Positions 7,688 to 17,864 of a DNA stretch of 64,000 bases are shown piece after piece. The notes under the pieces were generated by a model, which worked only from the letters and a program-made list of their open reading frames with translations, made no database searches and had not been told where the DNA came from. The DNA comes from an uncultured Alphaproteobacteria bacterium (GTDB lineage: Bacteria; Pseudomonadota; Alphaproteobacteria; CAAHEQ01; UBA3637). Every line of letters begins with the position of its first letter. The first letter of the stretch is position 1. The translations under genes and the position numbers were made by a program. The stretch spans positions 3,288-67,287 of the forward strand of contig CAKPYQ010000006.1 in the NCBI GenBank assembly GCA_934203105.1, read 5' to 3'.

Positions 7688-9580
7688 TTATATTTTTCGA
7701 CCAAACAATCGTTCAATGTCGGCCACTTTTAATTCAATATATGTCGGGCGCCCGTGAATGCATTGCCCCGATTTACCGCAAGATTCCATCTGCCTTAACA
7801 AAGCATTCATTTCCGCAACGGTTAACACACGGCCGGCACGCACCGAACCATGGCACGCCATTTTGGCGCAAACCGCCTGTATTTTGTCTTCCAACGCGGT
7901 TGTATCGCCGAATTCTTTGAATGTATCGGCCATATCCAAAACCAATCCTTTAATATCGGCATTATCTAACAAAGCCGGTATTTCACGCACGACAACCGAA
8001 TCCGTTCCAAAGCGATCCAAAACCAAGCCTAATTTTTTCAACTCATCGCTTTTGGATATCAGCAAATGCGCATTTTCTTCGCCAACGGCCACGATTTCCG
8101 GAATCAGCAAAAGCTGCGTTTCCATTTTATCTTCAAGCGCTGCACGGATTTTTTCATACGTCAAGCGTTCGTGTGCCGCATGCTGATCCGTGATGATTAA
8201 ACTGGTGGGTGTTTCGGAAATAATGTATGTTTCCATAACTTGCCCGCGAGCCAATCCAAGCGGTGGAAATTCTTGCTCCGTATCCGTCTTTTGTGTTTGC
8301 GCGTCCTGTACACTTTGCGGCGCGACAGCTTTGGCCGAATAATAATCGTTCAGGTGCAATGGCGCTTGGGATTCAAAATTGCTTTGAAGGTTGGGCGAGC
8401 TTTGGCGATCCAAGCGATAGTTCGGGTATGCGCTTTGCGGCATTTGCGTCCGCGCACTTGATGTGTTGGCCAAAGTAAAGCGTCCGCCATTGCCGGCACC
8501 TTGTGCAAAGCCCGTAAAAGGTCGTCGATCCGGTAAAATTTGGGGCATCGCTTTATCCAAAGCCCCGATGCCGATTGTGGTCGATGTTTTGTGTCCGGCT
8601 TCGGCCAAGGCAGATTTGATCGCAGTGACAATCAAACCGCGAACGATGCCGGCATCTTTGAAACGGACTTCTGTTTTGGCGGGGTGAACGTTGACGTCGA
8701 CTTCGTGATTGGGGGCGGTTAAAAAAAGAGCCACAACGGGGTGCCCGCTGTCAACGCCCAACAAACCTTGATAAGCACCTTTTAAACACCCCATTAAAAG
8801 CCGATCTTTGATCCAACGGCCGTTGACAAATAAATGCTGTTCAGCAGATGTCGAACGGGTGTAAGTCGGCAACCCGACAAAGCCGTGCAAAGAAAATCCG
8901 TCATGCGTGCCGTCTACTTCAACGGCATTTTCGGCAAACCCTGATCCGAAGACTTTGCCGATACGCTCTAATAAATTATCCGTCGCGGGATAAAATAAAA
9001 TTTGCCGCTTTTCATCGGATAATTTAAACGTCACATTCGGGTTAGCCATTGCTAAACGATTTAAAACTTCTTTGATGTATCCGGTTTCAGTTGGCGTAGA
9101 TTTTAAAAATTTTAATCGGGCCGGTGTTGCAAAAAACAAATCTTTGACTTCAACTTTCGTTCCTTCGTTCAAAGATGCCGGACAAAGATCTTTTTTGATG
9201 CCGCCTTCAACCGATATAGCCCACGCATCAGAGCTGTTCTTTTCTCTTGATGTGATTGTCAAGCGCGCCACAGAACCGATAGAGGGCAATGCTTCACCGC
9301 GAAAACCAAACGAAGATATTGCAAACAAATCATCGTTGGGTAATTTTGACGTGGCGTGACGTTCTATTGCCATTGTCAGGTCTTCTTTTGACATCCCTTT
9401 GCCGTTATCCGTGACGGATAAATAAGACTTGCCGCCGTCTCCCAACATCACATCGATCATCGTCGCGCCGGCATCCAAAGCGTTTTCCAGCAACTCTTTT
9501 AAAGCAGAGGCCGGCCGTTCAATGACTTCGCCCGCCGCGATTTGATTGATTAAAGTGGGAGATAAAAGGCGAATTGTCAT
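7688..9580 (-). CDS. mutL: DNA mismatch repair protein MutL
   Basis: The 630-aa ORF has the N-terminal GHKL ATPase motifs ([41 protein letters not shown]) and a C-terminal dimerisation domain. Confidence 0.93.
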   Translation of the reverse strand: MTIRLLSPTLINQIAAGEVIERPASALKELLENALDAGATMIDVMLGDGGKSYLSVTDNGKGMSKEDLTMAIERHATSKLPNDDLFAISSFGFRGEALPSIGSVARLTITSREKNSSDAWAISVEGGIKKDLCPASLNEGTKVEVKDLFFATPARLKFLKSTPTETGYIKEVLNRLAMANPNVTFKLSDEKRQILFYPATDNLLERIGKVFGSGFAENAVEVDGTHDGFSLHGFVGLPTYTRSTSAEQHLFVNGRWIKDRLLMGCLKGAYQGLLGVDSGHPVVALFLTAPNHEVDVNVHPAKTEVRFKDAGIVRGLIVTAIKSALAEAGHKTSTTIGIGALDKAMPQILPDRRPFTGFAQGAGNGGRFTLANTSSARTQMPQSAYPNYRLDRQSSPNLQSNFESQAPLHLNDYYSAKAVAPQSVQDAQTQKTDTEQEFPPLGLARGQVMETYIISETPTSLIITDQHAAHERLTYEKIRAALEDKMETQLLLIPEIVAVGEENAHLLISKSDELKKLGLVLDRFGTDSVVVREIPALLDNADIKGLVLDMADTFKEFGDTTALEDKIQAVCAKMACHGSVRAGRVLTVAEMNALLRQMESCGKSGQCIHGRPTYIELKVADIERLFGRKI

Positions 9581-11193
9581 GCGAGGCGTTTTCCCTTTAC
9601 ATAGTTAATCAAAGCATTTGTCGAACTGTCGTGACAGAACGTTAAATGTTTGTCTTCCAATTCCGGCAAGATCTTCTTTGCCAAAACTTTGCCCAATTCA
9701 ACGCCCCATTGATCGAAACTGTCGATCCCTAAAATGATACCGATGACAAAGACTTTGTGTTCATACATAGCGATCAAACGCCCCAAGTTACGCGGGGATA
9801 ATTCGTCCATCAAAATGCTGTTTGTCGGGCGGTTGCCTGTAAAAGTTTTAAACGGAACTAACCAATCGGGCGTGCCTTCGGCTTTTACTTCTTCGGCAGT
9901 TTTGCCGCGCATTAACGCTTCGGGTTGAGCAATCGCGTTGGATAATAAAATGTTTTGGTGTTTGCCCGTTTCTTTCATCGAAAAAATCGGCGTGATAAAA
10001 TCGCACGGGATTAAGTGCGTGCCTTGATGGATCAATTGATAAAACGAATGTTGTCCGTTTGTCCCCGGTTCACCAAATAAAACGGGACCCGTCGGATAAT
10101 TGACCGGATTGCCGTCTTTATCCCGGCTTTTGCCGTTTGATTCCATATCCAATTGTTGCAAATATGCCGGCAAGCGATGTAAGTATTGATAATAAGGCAA
10201 AACGGCATAAGTTTCGGCTTTGTAAAACACATGATACCAAATACCGAGTAATCCCATAATCATCGGGATATTTTGTTCAATCGGTGCGGTTTTAAAATGT
10301 TCATCCATTTCAAAAGCGCCTTCCAACATTTCAATAAAGCGGTCATAGCCGATCGATAACATAATCGATAATCCGATGGCTGACCACATCGAATAACGGC
10401 CGCCGACAAAGTTCCAAAATTCAAACATATTTTTTGTGTCAATGCCGAATTTTTCGACTTGCTCTGTGTTCGTTGATAAAGCAACAAAATGGGACGAGAC
10501 GGCTTTTTCTCCCAAAGCTTTGACAAGCCAAGCGCGCGCGGTATTCGCATTTGTCATCGTTTCTTGTGTTGTAAATGTTTTGGACGCAATTAAAAACAAC
10601 GTCGTTTCGGGATCGCATTTGTTTAATGCTTCCACGATTGCGGCACCGTCAATGTTGGATACAAAATGAAAGTCAATATCGGGCGTTTTAAACTTTTTTA
10701 AGGCTTCAACAGCCATTAAAGGGCCTAAATCACTGCCTCCGATACCGATGTTGACAACGGATTTGATCCGCTTTCCGGTTGCGCCTTTCCATTCACCCGA
10801 ACGCACTTTGTCCGAAAAATCGTGCATTTTGTCCAATACCGCATTGATTTGAGGCATAACATCTTTGCCATCAACCAAAATCGGTGTGTTGGCACGGTTA
10901 CGCAAAGCGATGTGCAAAACGGGTCTGTCTTCGGTAAAGTTAATCCGTTTGCCCGAAAACATTTCATCGCGTTTTTGTTCGATGTTGCATTCTTTTGCCA
11001 ATTCGACCAATAACGGCATTGTTTCGTCTGTGATACGGTTTTTTGAATAATCCAACATAAAATCGTCCAAACGTAAAGTGTATTTGTTGGCTCTGGACGG
11101 ATCGGCGGCAAACAAGTCGCGCATATGCAAGTGCTGTGTTTTTTCAAAGTGTGCTTTTAAAGCTTGAAAGCTTTTTAATTCGGTTAAACTCAT
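9577..11193 (-). CDS. pgi: Glucose-6-phosphate isomerase
   Basis: PGI signatures are present ([40 protein letters not shown]...[11 protein letters not shown]). I placed the start at the ATG at 11193 (MSLTELKS...), which is preceded by AAGGAA. The stop overlaps the mutL start. Confidence 0.92.
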   Translation of the reverse strand: MSLTELKSFQALKAHFEKTQHLHMRDLFAADPSRANKYTLRLDDFMLDYSKNRITDETMPLLVELAKECNIEQKRDEMFSGKRINFTEDRPVLHIALRNRANTPILVDGKDVMPQINAVLDKMHDFSDKVRSGEWKGATGKRIKSVVNIGIGGSDLGPLMAVEALKKFKTPDIDFHFVSNIDGAAIVEALNKCDPETTLFLIASKTFTTQETMTNANTARAWLVKALGEKAVSSHFVALSTNTEQVEKFGIDTKNMFEFWNFVGGRYSMWSAIGLSIMLSIGYDRFIEMLEGAFEMDEHFKTAPIEQNIPMIMGLLGIWYHVFYKAETYAVLPYYQYLHRLPAYLQQLDMESNGKSRDKDGNPVNYPTGPVLFGEPGTNGQHSFYQLIHQGTHLIPCDFITPIFSMKETGKHQNILLSNAIAQPEALMRGKTAEEVKAEGTPDWLVPFKTFTGNRPTNSILMDELSPRNLGRLIAMYEHKVFVIGIILGIDSFDQWGVELGKVLAKKILPELEDKHLTFCHDSSTNALINYVKGKRLA

Positions 11194-11206
11194 TGATGCA
11201 ATTCCT

Positions 11207-11386
11207 TTATTTTTTTGTCGTTTCAGCGGCAACGTCTTTGGGCGGGCGCAGTTCATAATCAGGCGGCAAAGTCAAATCTTTGCGTGTCGAAACTTTTGTT
11301 TCATCCGGCGCGCGAAAAATCGTGCTTTTGGACGTGCAGGCGCTTAATGCACAAATAAGCAAACCGAATAACAGGATCTTTTTCAT
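11207..11386 (-). CDS. Small lipoprotein (59 aa), DUF3035-like, not in the ORF track
   Basis: My translation is [59 protein letters not shown]. It has the lipobox LSAC, its ATG overlaps the lspA stop (ATGA), and it ends 13 nt before the pgi start. Confidence 0.6.
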   Translation of the reverse strand: MKKILLFGLLICALSACTSKSTIFRAPDETKVSTRKDLTLPPDYELRPPKDVAAETTKK

Positions 11387-11835
11387 TTTGTTTTCTCCTT
11401 TTTAAAAATCATACGAAACAACAACAAAACAACACCGATGCAAATCGCGCTGTCGGCAATGTTAAAGGCCGGCCAATGCCAACCGAATGCGTGAAAATCC
11501 AAAAAATCAACGACGGCTTTATAGCGAATCCGATCCACAATATTGCCCAAAGCGCCACCCAAAATTAAAGCTAAACAGGTGCGGGTAAATACGTCCTTTT
11601 CTTTGATTAAAAAGTAAAGTAATACGGCGCTGATTAAAAAAGCAACTGCTGTCAAAATCCACGCGTCAAAGCCCGAAAACATCGAAAAACTGATGCCTTT
11701 GTTCATCACTAAAACCAGATTGAAAAAAGGCATGACTTCAATCGCAGAGCCAAAGGTAAGCGTGTTTAAAATAATTGCTTTTGTTCCCAAATCCGCCAAA
11801 ACAACCAAAGCGGTAATTAAAAAATAAATGCTCAT
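11383..11835 (-). CDS. lspA: Lipoprotein signal peptidase (signal peptidase II)
   Basis: The 150-aa four-TM ORF carries the NKGISFSMF, GGALGNIVDR and FNIADSAI motifs. Confidence 0.9.
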   Translation of the reverse strand: MSIYFLITALVVLADLGTKAIILNTLTFGSAIEVMPFFNLVLVMNKGISFSMFSGFDAWILTAVAFLISAVLLYFLIKEKDVFTRTCLALILGGALGNIVDRIRYKAVVDFLDFHAFGWHWPAFNIADSAICIGVVLLLFRMIFKKEKTK

Positions 11836-11905
11836 AAAAAAACTCCTTATATGATATCTATACTCAAAAGAAAGAAAAAAGTAAAGAAATGTTTTTAAAA
11901 ATCTG

Positions 11906-11934
11906 TTGCATTTATATCAAAAACAGGTTAAATT
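11906..11934 (+). promoter_or_regulatory. Putative sigma70 promoter of argS
   Basis: TTGCAT (11906-11911), a 17-nt spacer, then TAAATT (11929-11934). The ATG at 11960 is preceded by AAAGGA. Confidence 0.5.
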
Positions 11935-11959
11935 CATAAAAAAGAAAGGATTTAAAAAA

Positions 11960-13708
11960 ATGAACGTATTTACTATTTTAAAAAACGAAATCAAAGAAAC
12001 TGTTAAAAATTTGGCCGAACAAGGCAAAATTAACGCTTTGCCGAATATGGATAAAATTACCGCAGAAGCGCCACGCGATGCATCTCATGGCGATGTGGCA
12101 ACAAATGTTGCAATGGTGTGTGCGGGTCAGCTTGGGTTAAAACCACGTCAGTTTGCTGAATTGATTGCGGCAGAATTGCAAAATTCACCGGCTGTTGACA
12201 GTGTGGAAATTGCCGGTCCCGGTTTCATTAACTTAAAATTATCCAACGGCTTTTGGTATGAACAGCTGTTAACGATTTTGGATAAAAAAGAAAAATACGG
12301 CGACTCTGATATGGGCAAGGGCGAAAAAGTCAATGTTGAGTTTTGCTCGGTCAACCCGACGGGTCCGCTTCATATCGGCCATGTGCGCGGTGCTGTTTTC
12401 GGCGATGCTTTGTCGGCTTTGTTACAAAAGGCCGGTTATGATGTGACGCGCGAATATTACATCAATGATGCCGGTGCGCAAATGGACAAATTGGCGCGTT
12501 CGGCATATTTGCGCTATCGCGAGGCAATGGGCGAAGATATCGGCGAGATTCCGGAAGGCTATTACCCCGGTGAGTATTTAAAGGAAGTCGGTAAAGCAGT
12601 TGCTGATAAAGACGGGGGCAAATGGATGGACGTTCCCGAAGAAGAGTGTCATTTGTATTTCCGTCAGACGGCGTGTGATATGATGATGGCGCTGATTCGA
12701 AAGGATTTGGCGGGGCTTGGCATTCATTTTGATGTCTTTTCTTCTGAAAAAGCGATTGCCGAATCGGGTGGAATTGAGCGTGCTTTGAAAGTCTTAAATG
12801 ATGCCGGATTGGTTTATAAAGGCATACCGGAAAAACCCAAGAGCGCCAAAGCGGCGGAAGATTGGGAACCGCAAGAAATGTTGTTGTTCCGTTCGACGGC
12901 TTTTGGTGATGAAACGGACAGACCGCTTGCGCGTGCGAATGGAACATATACTTATTTTACGCCGGATATTGCGTATCAATACAACAAGTTCGAACGCGGA
13001 TTTAAAAAATTGATTATGGTATTGGGTGCCGACCATGCGGGCTATGTCAAACGCTTAACGTCGGCCGTAAATGCAGTTACAAGCGGCCAAGCCAGTTTAG
13101 ATATGTCTTTGGTTCAAATGGTCAGCTTTTCAAAAGACGGCCAACCGTTTAAAATGTCAAAGCGTGCCGGTACGGTTGTTTTGTTGTCCGATTTGTTGGA
13201 AGAAATTGATAAAGACGTTGTGCGTTTCTTTATGCTGACGCGTAAAAATGACAGCCAGTTGGATTTTGATTTGGTAAAGGTCAAAGAGCAATCCAAAGAT
13301 AATCCGGTTTTCTATGTACAATATGCGCATGCACGGGCGTATTCGGTTTTCCGCCATGCAAAGCAAATGTTCGGGGATAATATCTTGGATAATTTGCGCG
13401 ATGCCGACTTAACGTTGTTAAAGGACGAATCGGAAGTGGCTTTGATCCGTTTGTTGGCGGGCTTTCCGCGTCAAATCGAACTGGCCGCTATGGTCAACGA
13501 ACCGCACCGGATTGCGTATTATTTATATGATTTGGCATCAGCTTTCCATGCTTTGTGGAACAAAGGGCGTGATGATGTGCAAATGCGTTTCTTGGACGAA
13601 AACAATGTTGAATTGTCAAAAGCACGTTTGGCGTTGATCCAAGCAGTGTGCTTTGTGATTGCGTCGGGCTTGTCCGTGTTCGGCGTTCAACCGGTAAAGG
13701 AGATGTAA
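11960..13708 (+). CDS. argS: Arginine--tRNA ligase
   Basis: Class I signatures are present (SVNPTGPLHIGHVRG = HIGH, and MSKRAG in the KMSKS position), and the anticodon-binding C-terminus ends in the typical ...QPVKEM. I placed the start at the ATG at 11960 (MNVFTILKNEIKE). Confidence 0.93.
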   Translation: MNVFTILKNEIKETVKNLAEQGKINALPNMDKITAEAPRDASHGDVATNVAMVCAGQLGLKPRQFAELIAAELQNSPAVDSVEIAGPGFINLKLSNGFWYEQLLTILDKKEKYGDSDMGKGEKVNVEFCSVNPTGPLHIGHVRGAVFGDALSALLQKAGYDVTREYYINDAGAQMDKLARSAYLRYREAMGEDIGEIPEGYYPGEYLKEVGKAVADKDGGKWMDVPEEECHLYFRQTACDMMMALIRKDLAGLGIHFDVFSSEKAIAESGGIERALKVLNDAGLVYKGIPEKPKSAKAAEDWEPQEMLLFRSTAFGDETDRPLARANGTYTYFTPDIAYQYNKFERGFKKLIMVLGADHAGYVKRLTSAVNAVTSGQASLDMSLVQMVSFSKDGQPFKMSKRAGTVVLLSDLLEEIDKDVVRFFMLTRKNDSQLDFDLVKVKEQSKDNPVFYVQYAHARAYSVFRHAKQMFGDNILDNLRDADLTLLKDESEVALIRLLAGFPRQIELAAMVNEPHRIAYYLYDLASAFHALWNKGRDDVQMRFLDENNVELSKARLALIQAVCFVIASGLSVFGVQPVKEM

Positions 13709-13709
13709 T

Positions 13710-14792
13710 ATGGAACCGTTTGATGAGAATAAAAAAGTACCTGATTTTTTTGCAACGCGGGCGCAGGTGCGCTCGGACAGCGATGATGAGGACGCGCTGG
13801 AAACATCAAAGCAAGACGATTACTTTGATGATAAAAAGCAACCGGTTTTGGATACGTCAATGGAATCGCCTTTGTCGGACGATGATGACGAAGTGCCGTA
13901 TGATTTTCGCGCCGAATATAAAGAGCGAATCGGCAACACTTTTGCCGGCGATTCCGATGATGTTGAAAAAAAGTTTTCATCTGTTCGGTGGAATGCAATC
14001 GGTATCGGCATTTTAATCGGTGTTTTGGTGGCGTTGTTGGTCAGCGTGTTTTTGTTCGGTGGATCGGACGATGAAGATACGATGGATCAACCGATTGTTG
14101 TATCGGAAAGTAAGCGACCTGTTAAAGTGCGGCCGACAAATCCGGGCGGTATGGACATTCCCGACCAAGATAAAACAATATATAAGCGTATGCGTACCGA
14201 TAAAGTGGATACGCAAGTTGAACGTTTTGTGATGACGGAAGAAGAGCCTGTCCGTCCGCAGGTGCCGACGCGCGAAGGCGAAGTTTTGGGTACGCCACGC
14301 GTCATGCCGGAAACGGCCGACGAAATGGAATTGGAAGTCTTATCCGTTCAACAAAAGGCTGTTCAAGTACCGGCGGCAAAGCCTGTCGTAACAGAGGCTA
14401 AGCCTGTAAAGACGGTATCGGCTGAAAAAGCTGCGCCAAAGGCTGTGGCTGCTCCGGCAAAAGTCGAAACAGTGAAAAAGCCTGTGGCTGTTGCCTCTGC
14501 TTCTACGCCTGCCAAAAAGCAACAAGAAACATCAACGGCGATGACAAAAACTTGGCATGTTCAGTTGATTTCCTTGCCGTCCAAAGCAGGTGCGCAAAAG
14601 GCTTGGCCGAAGATTTTAAAGGCGCATTCGACTTTATTGTCCGGTTTGCCTCATGACATTGCCGAAGTTCAAATCAAAGGCAAAGGGAAATTTTACCGTT
14701 TGCGCGTGGGCGATTTTGCAAAACGTCAAGATGCTCAAAACCTGTGCAATAAGTTAAAGGCACGCAAGCAAGATTGTACGTTGACGAAATAA
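13710..14792 (+). CDS. SPOR-domain membrane protein (septal peptidoglycan binding)
   Basis: The ORF has an acidic N-terminus, one TM segment (IGILIGVLVALLVSVFLF), a Pro/Ala/Lys-rich linker and a C-terminal SPOR-like domain (WHVQLISLPSKAGAQKAWPKI...KFYRLRVGDFAKRQDAQNLCNKLK). Confidence 0.8.
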   Translation: MEPFDENKKVPDFFATRAQVRSDSDDEDALETSKQDDYFDDKKQPVLDTSMESPLSDDDDEVPYDFRAEYKERIGNTFAGDSDDVEKKFSSVRWNAIGIGILIGVLVALLVSVFLFGGSDDEDTMDQPIVVSESKRPVKVRPTNPGGMDIPDQDKTIYKRMRTDKVDTQVERFVMTEEEPVRPQVPTREGEVLGTPRVMPETADEMELEVLSVQQKAVQVPAAKPVVTEAKPVKTVSAEKAAPKAVAAPAKVETVKKPVAVASASTPAKKQQETSTAMTKTWHVQLISLPSKAGAQKAWPKILKAHSTLLSGLPHDIAEVQIKGKGKFYRLRVGDFAKRQDAQNLCNKLKARKQDCTLTK

Positions 14793-15739
14793 TGACAGAT
14801 TTACGCGCAGTTATTTTCGGGTGTTCAGGGACGGTGTTATCACCGCAAGAGGCCGACTTTTTCCATAAAGTCAATCCGTTGGGGTTTATTTTGTTTGCAC
14901 GCAACGTCGAAAATCCCACACAGTTAAAGCAATTGACAACTGATTTGCGTACCTGTGTCGGTCGAAAAGACGCGCCAATTTTGGTTGATCAGGAAGGCGG
15001 ACGCGTACAGCGTTTAAAGTCTCCTTTTTGGGCCGAGTTACCGGCGGCGCAAACTTATGGTGATTTGTACGACGCAGGGAAAACAACGCAAGCGTTAGAG
15101 GGGCTTTCGCATCATGTGGACGTGTTGGCGCGGACATTGTCGGACGTTGGGATCAACGTTGATTGTTGGCCATGTTTGGACGTTGCAACGGATAATGTCA
15201 GTCCGGTTTTGGGGGACCGCTTATTTTCCAAAAATCCGTCGACTGTGGAGCAACTTGGTTTGCATGCGATCGGTGAAATGTTGGGGCGTGGTTTGATGCC
15301 GGTTGTCAAGCATTTGCCGGGGTATGGCCGCGCAACTGTTGACCCACATAAAAGCTTACCGATAGTGGACGCCGATTTAAATCTGTTGCAACAGGATTTT
15401 TTACCCTTTAAAGCCGTTCAAATGCCCGTATGGGGAATGACGGCGCATGTGCTTTATCGTACTTTGGACGATCAAAGACCTGCAACCGTTTCGCAAAAAG
15501 TCATTGATTTTATTCGTATAAATATTGGATTTAACGGTTTTTTGGTGACCGACGATATTTCTATGGGCGCTTTGGGCAATGACGTTGGCCAATCCGCAAA
15601 AGATTGTTTAAAGGCGGGCTGTGATGCGGTGCTTCACTGTAACGGTTTGATGGACGAAATGCATGCTGTGGCGGATGTTGTGCCGGCTATGACGGCACCG
15701 GCTTTTGAACGTTATCTTCAAGCAAAGGAGTTGTTATAA
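14792..15739 (+). CDS. nagZ: Beta-N-acetylhexosaminidase NagZ (GH3)
   Basis: Motifs VDQEGGRVQRL, KHLPGYGRA and LVTDDISMGAL are present. The ATG at 14792 overlaps the upstream stop (TAATG). Confidence 0.88.
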   Translation: MTDLRAVIFGCSGTVLSPQEADFFHKVNPLGFILFARNVENPTQLKQLTTDLRTCVGRKDAPILVDQEGGRVQRLKSPFWAELPAAQTYGDLYDAGKTTQALEGLSHHVDVLARTLSDVGINVDCWPCLDVATDNVSPVLGDRLFSKNPSTVEQLGLHAIGEMLGRGLMPVVKHLPGYGRATVDPHKSLPIVDADLNLLQQDFLPFKAVQMPVWGMTAHVLYRTLDDQRPATVSQKVIDFIRINIGFNGFLVTDDISMGALGNDVGQSAKDCLKAGCDAVLHCNGLMDEMHAVADVVPAMTAPAFERYLQAKELL

Positions 15740-15740
15740 A

Positions 15741-16406
15741 ATGACGCAGTCTTTATGGGATCTTTCGACATTTGTCATTCCGCTGTTTTTAGCAATTATT
15801 TTGCACGAAATAGCGCATGGTGTGGCGGCGTATAAGTTGGGCGATTCGACAGCCAAAAGTTTGGGACGATTAACGTTAAACCCAATCCCGCACATTGACC
15901 CGATCGGCTCTATTTTGGTGCCGGCCGCTTTGTTTTTATCAAACGCCGGCGTGATGTTCGGCTGGGCAAAGCCTGTGCCGGTTAATTTTGATGCGTTGCG
16001 TGATCGCAAAAAAGATATGGGCTTGGTTGCGTTAGCAGGACCTTTATTGAACTTTTTATTGGCGCTTTTGACGGGGGCGTTGATTGTCTTTTTATCGAAA
16101 ACGTTAACGGGCAAACCCGGCATAGCGGGACAATGGTTTTTGCAAAGTTTGATGGCTTTCTTTTCGGTGAATTTAGCTCTGTGCGCTTTTAATTTGTTGC
16201 CGATTTTACCGCTTGATGGCGGGCGTATTTTGGTGTCCGTGTTACCAAAGCGGTTGTCGGAAGAATACGCCGCGACCGAACGCTATGGATTTTTTGTGTT
16301 AATGGGATTGTTGTTTTTGTTGCCGACATTCGGGATCGATTTTATTCGTTCCTATATGGCGTGGATGGTGACGGGCTTAATGGAAATTATAACGTTTATT
16401 TTATAG
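15741..16406 (+). CDS. Site-2 protease family (M50) membrane metalloprotease
   Basis: A polytopic protein with HEIAHGVAAY (HExxH) in TM1 and NLLPILPLDGGRIL further on. The ATG at 15741 is preceded by AAGGAG. Confidence 0.8.
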   Translation: MTQSLWDLSTFVIPLFLAIILHEIAHGVAAYKLGDSTAKSLGRLTLNPIPHIDPIGSILVPAALFLSNAGVMFGWAKPVPVNFDALRDRKKDMGLVALAGPLLNFLLALLTGALIVFLSKTLTGKPGIAGQWFLQSLMAFFSVNLALCAFNLLPILPLDGGRILVSVLPKRLSEEYAATERYGFFVLMGLLFLLPTFGIDFIRSYMAWMVTGLMEIITFIL

Positions 16407-16417
16407 GAGATAAAAAA

Positions 16418-16657
16418 ATGGCTTATTCAGAACTTATTTTAATTGCGTTGATTTTGTTGATTGTTTTTGCGGGGGCGCAGGTGCAAAAATTGGTGCATTT
16501 GTTGCGCGGGAAAAATAAGGAAGTCGCGCCTCAACCGCAACCGTTGAAAACGCTGATCAGCGCTGCTGATACACCGGTAAAGCCCAAAAAAGTACCGGTT
16601 AAAAAAGTGGCACATAAAAAAATGACCGCCAAAAAGTCGGTTAAGCGAAAAAAATAA
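16418..16657 (+). CDS. Small single-pass membrane protein with lysine-rich tail (weak TatA/E-like N-terminus)
   Basis: The 79-aa ORF reads MAYSELILIALILLIVFAGAQVQKLVHLLRGKNKE...KPKKVPVKKVAHKKMTAKKSVKRKK. AGGAGA lies 8 nt upstream of the ATG. Its resemblance to TatA is limited to the TM segment and hinge. Confidence 0.45.
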   Translation: MAYSELILIALILLIVFAGAQVQKLVHLLRGKNKEVAPQPQPLKTLISAADTPVKPKKVPVKKVAHKKMTAKKSVKRKK

Positions 16658-16665
16658 TTTTTTTT

Positions 16666-16706
16666 AAAAAAGCGCTCTTTTGTTAATAAGGGGCGCTTTT
16701 TTGTTT
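16666..16706. terminator. Bidirectional intrinsic terminator
   Basis: AAAAAGCGCTC pairs with GGGGCGCTTTTT around a loop of about 12 nt. An A-run precedes the hairpin and a T-run follows it. It sits between convergent genes ending at 16657 and 16757. Confidence 0.6.
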
Positions 16707-16756
16707 GCCAAAATAAACATTGAGTGCGATGAGCCTCTAAAAGCACTATAAAAAAA

Positions 16757-17719
16757 CTATTCGCGTGTTTTTGTAAAATCGAATAAGTCCGGTGTATAAT
16801 ATTGTCCTGATACTTTTTGGGGCGCCGTTTTGGGGTTTGTTTGTGTGGCCACACCGTTATTTATAAAGGAAAATAAATCCGTTTCTTTTTCATTGGGTTT
16901 CACCGTTACCGTACTTTGGTTGTTTTTTTCATTGATTGATTTTTCAAAAACCTGAGCCGATAAAGAATACAAATTTGCATTTAAAAATGCCGTTGCCATA
17001 TTTTTGCCGTCAAAGTCTTCGAATGCAGTGTCGGCTTCAAAATAAAAATTGTTTGTTAATTTTGTCGGAACGGATATCGGGGTTTTGCTGTCGTCATGGG
17101 TTCTTAAAAAGTATAAAAAGGGCGTCGTTTTTAATCTGTTCCCATTTATGTTTAATGAAAAAATCTGATGCGGGTCGATATGACATTCTTTCATCAGCTT
17201 TGTTGCTGTGTCATTGCCTGTGCCAAAAGCATTTTCTTTAGCGCTGTATAACATCAAAAGCGCCGCTTTTTGTCTTTCGGACTTGGCATAGCTTATTTCT
17301 TCATCATCATTGTCGTATGACGCGCCGTTAATGCGCGCTTCCGTGTCCAAATAAATTTCTTTGGCTTTGGCGTCCGATTCGTCTTCGGCATTGATGAAAC
17401 AAACGGCTAAATCGGTGGCTTTAAACTCCAAAGCAAAGGTTGCTAAATCTTGCTTGACGCCGTTGATGGTTTGATAATATTCGTTTAAAGATGCTTCTTT
17501 TAAAAATAAAGTTTTTGCTTCGTTTTTTAAGATTTCTTTTTTGGCGCCGTTGCTGTCGGCATAGTCGGCAATTAAACTGGTCAATCGATAAAAAGAGCTC
17601 TGTTTTTCCGGCGATGCTTTTGATATATCGTGTGCAGTTTGGAAATAATCCTCTCTTAATTCCTTGGTGAATTGTTCCATTAACTGTGGGCGTTTTTGGG
17701 CGGTTTGAGAGTAAAACAT
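16757..17719 (-). CDS. Hypothetical cytoplasmic protein, no recognisable domain
   Basis: The 320-aa ORF starts at the ATG at 17719 (MFYSQTAQKRPQL...), preceded by GGAGGAG. It has no signal peptide or TM segment, is AT-rich by eye, and I recognise no motif. Confidence 0.6.
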   Translation of the reverse strand: MFYSQTAQKRPQLMEQFTKELREDYFQTAHDISKASPEKQSSFYRLTSLIADYADSNGAKKEILKNEAKTLFLKEASLNEYYQTINGVKQDLATFALEFKATDLAVCFINAEDESDAKAKEIYLDTEARINGASYDNDDEEISYAKSERQKAALLMLYSAKENAFGTGNDTATKLMKECHIDPHQIFSLNINGNRLKTTPFLYFLRTHDDSKTPISVPTKLTNNFYFEADTAFEDFDGKNMATAFLNANLYSLSAQVFEKSINEKNNQSTVTVKPNEKETDLFSFINNGVATQTNPKTAPQKVSGQYYTPDLFDFTKTRE

Positions 17720-17864
17720 CGGCTCCTCCAATCTTTATCTTTATATCTTTTCAGCATAGCATTGAATGCTTCAAATGTCAAGAAGCGATTTTTTTTAAAA
17801 AAACAGTTTTCAATTTTATTTTTTTCTGTTAAAATTATGTGAAATAAAAAAAGGCAGGTTATAA

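Noticed and set aside
17758-17768. An 11-bp palindrome, GCATTGAATGC, in the divergent promoter region upstream of the PAS-GGDEF-EAL gene
   Set aside because: It is short and isolated. I found no second copy and I do not recognise it as a known operator consensus.
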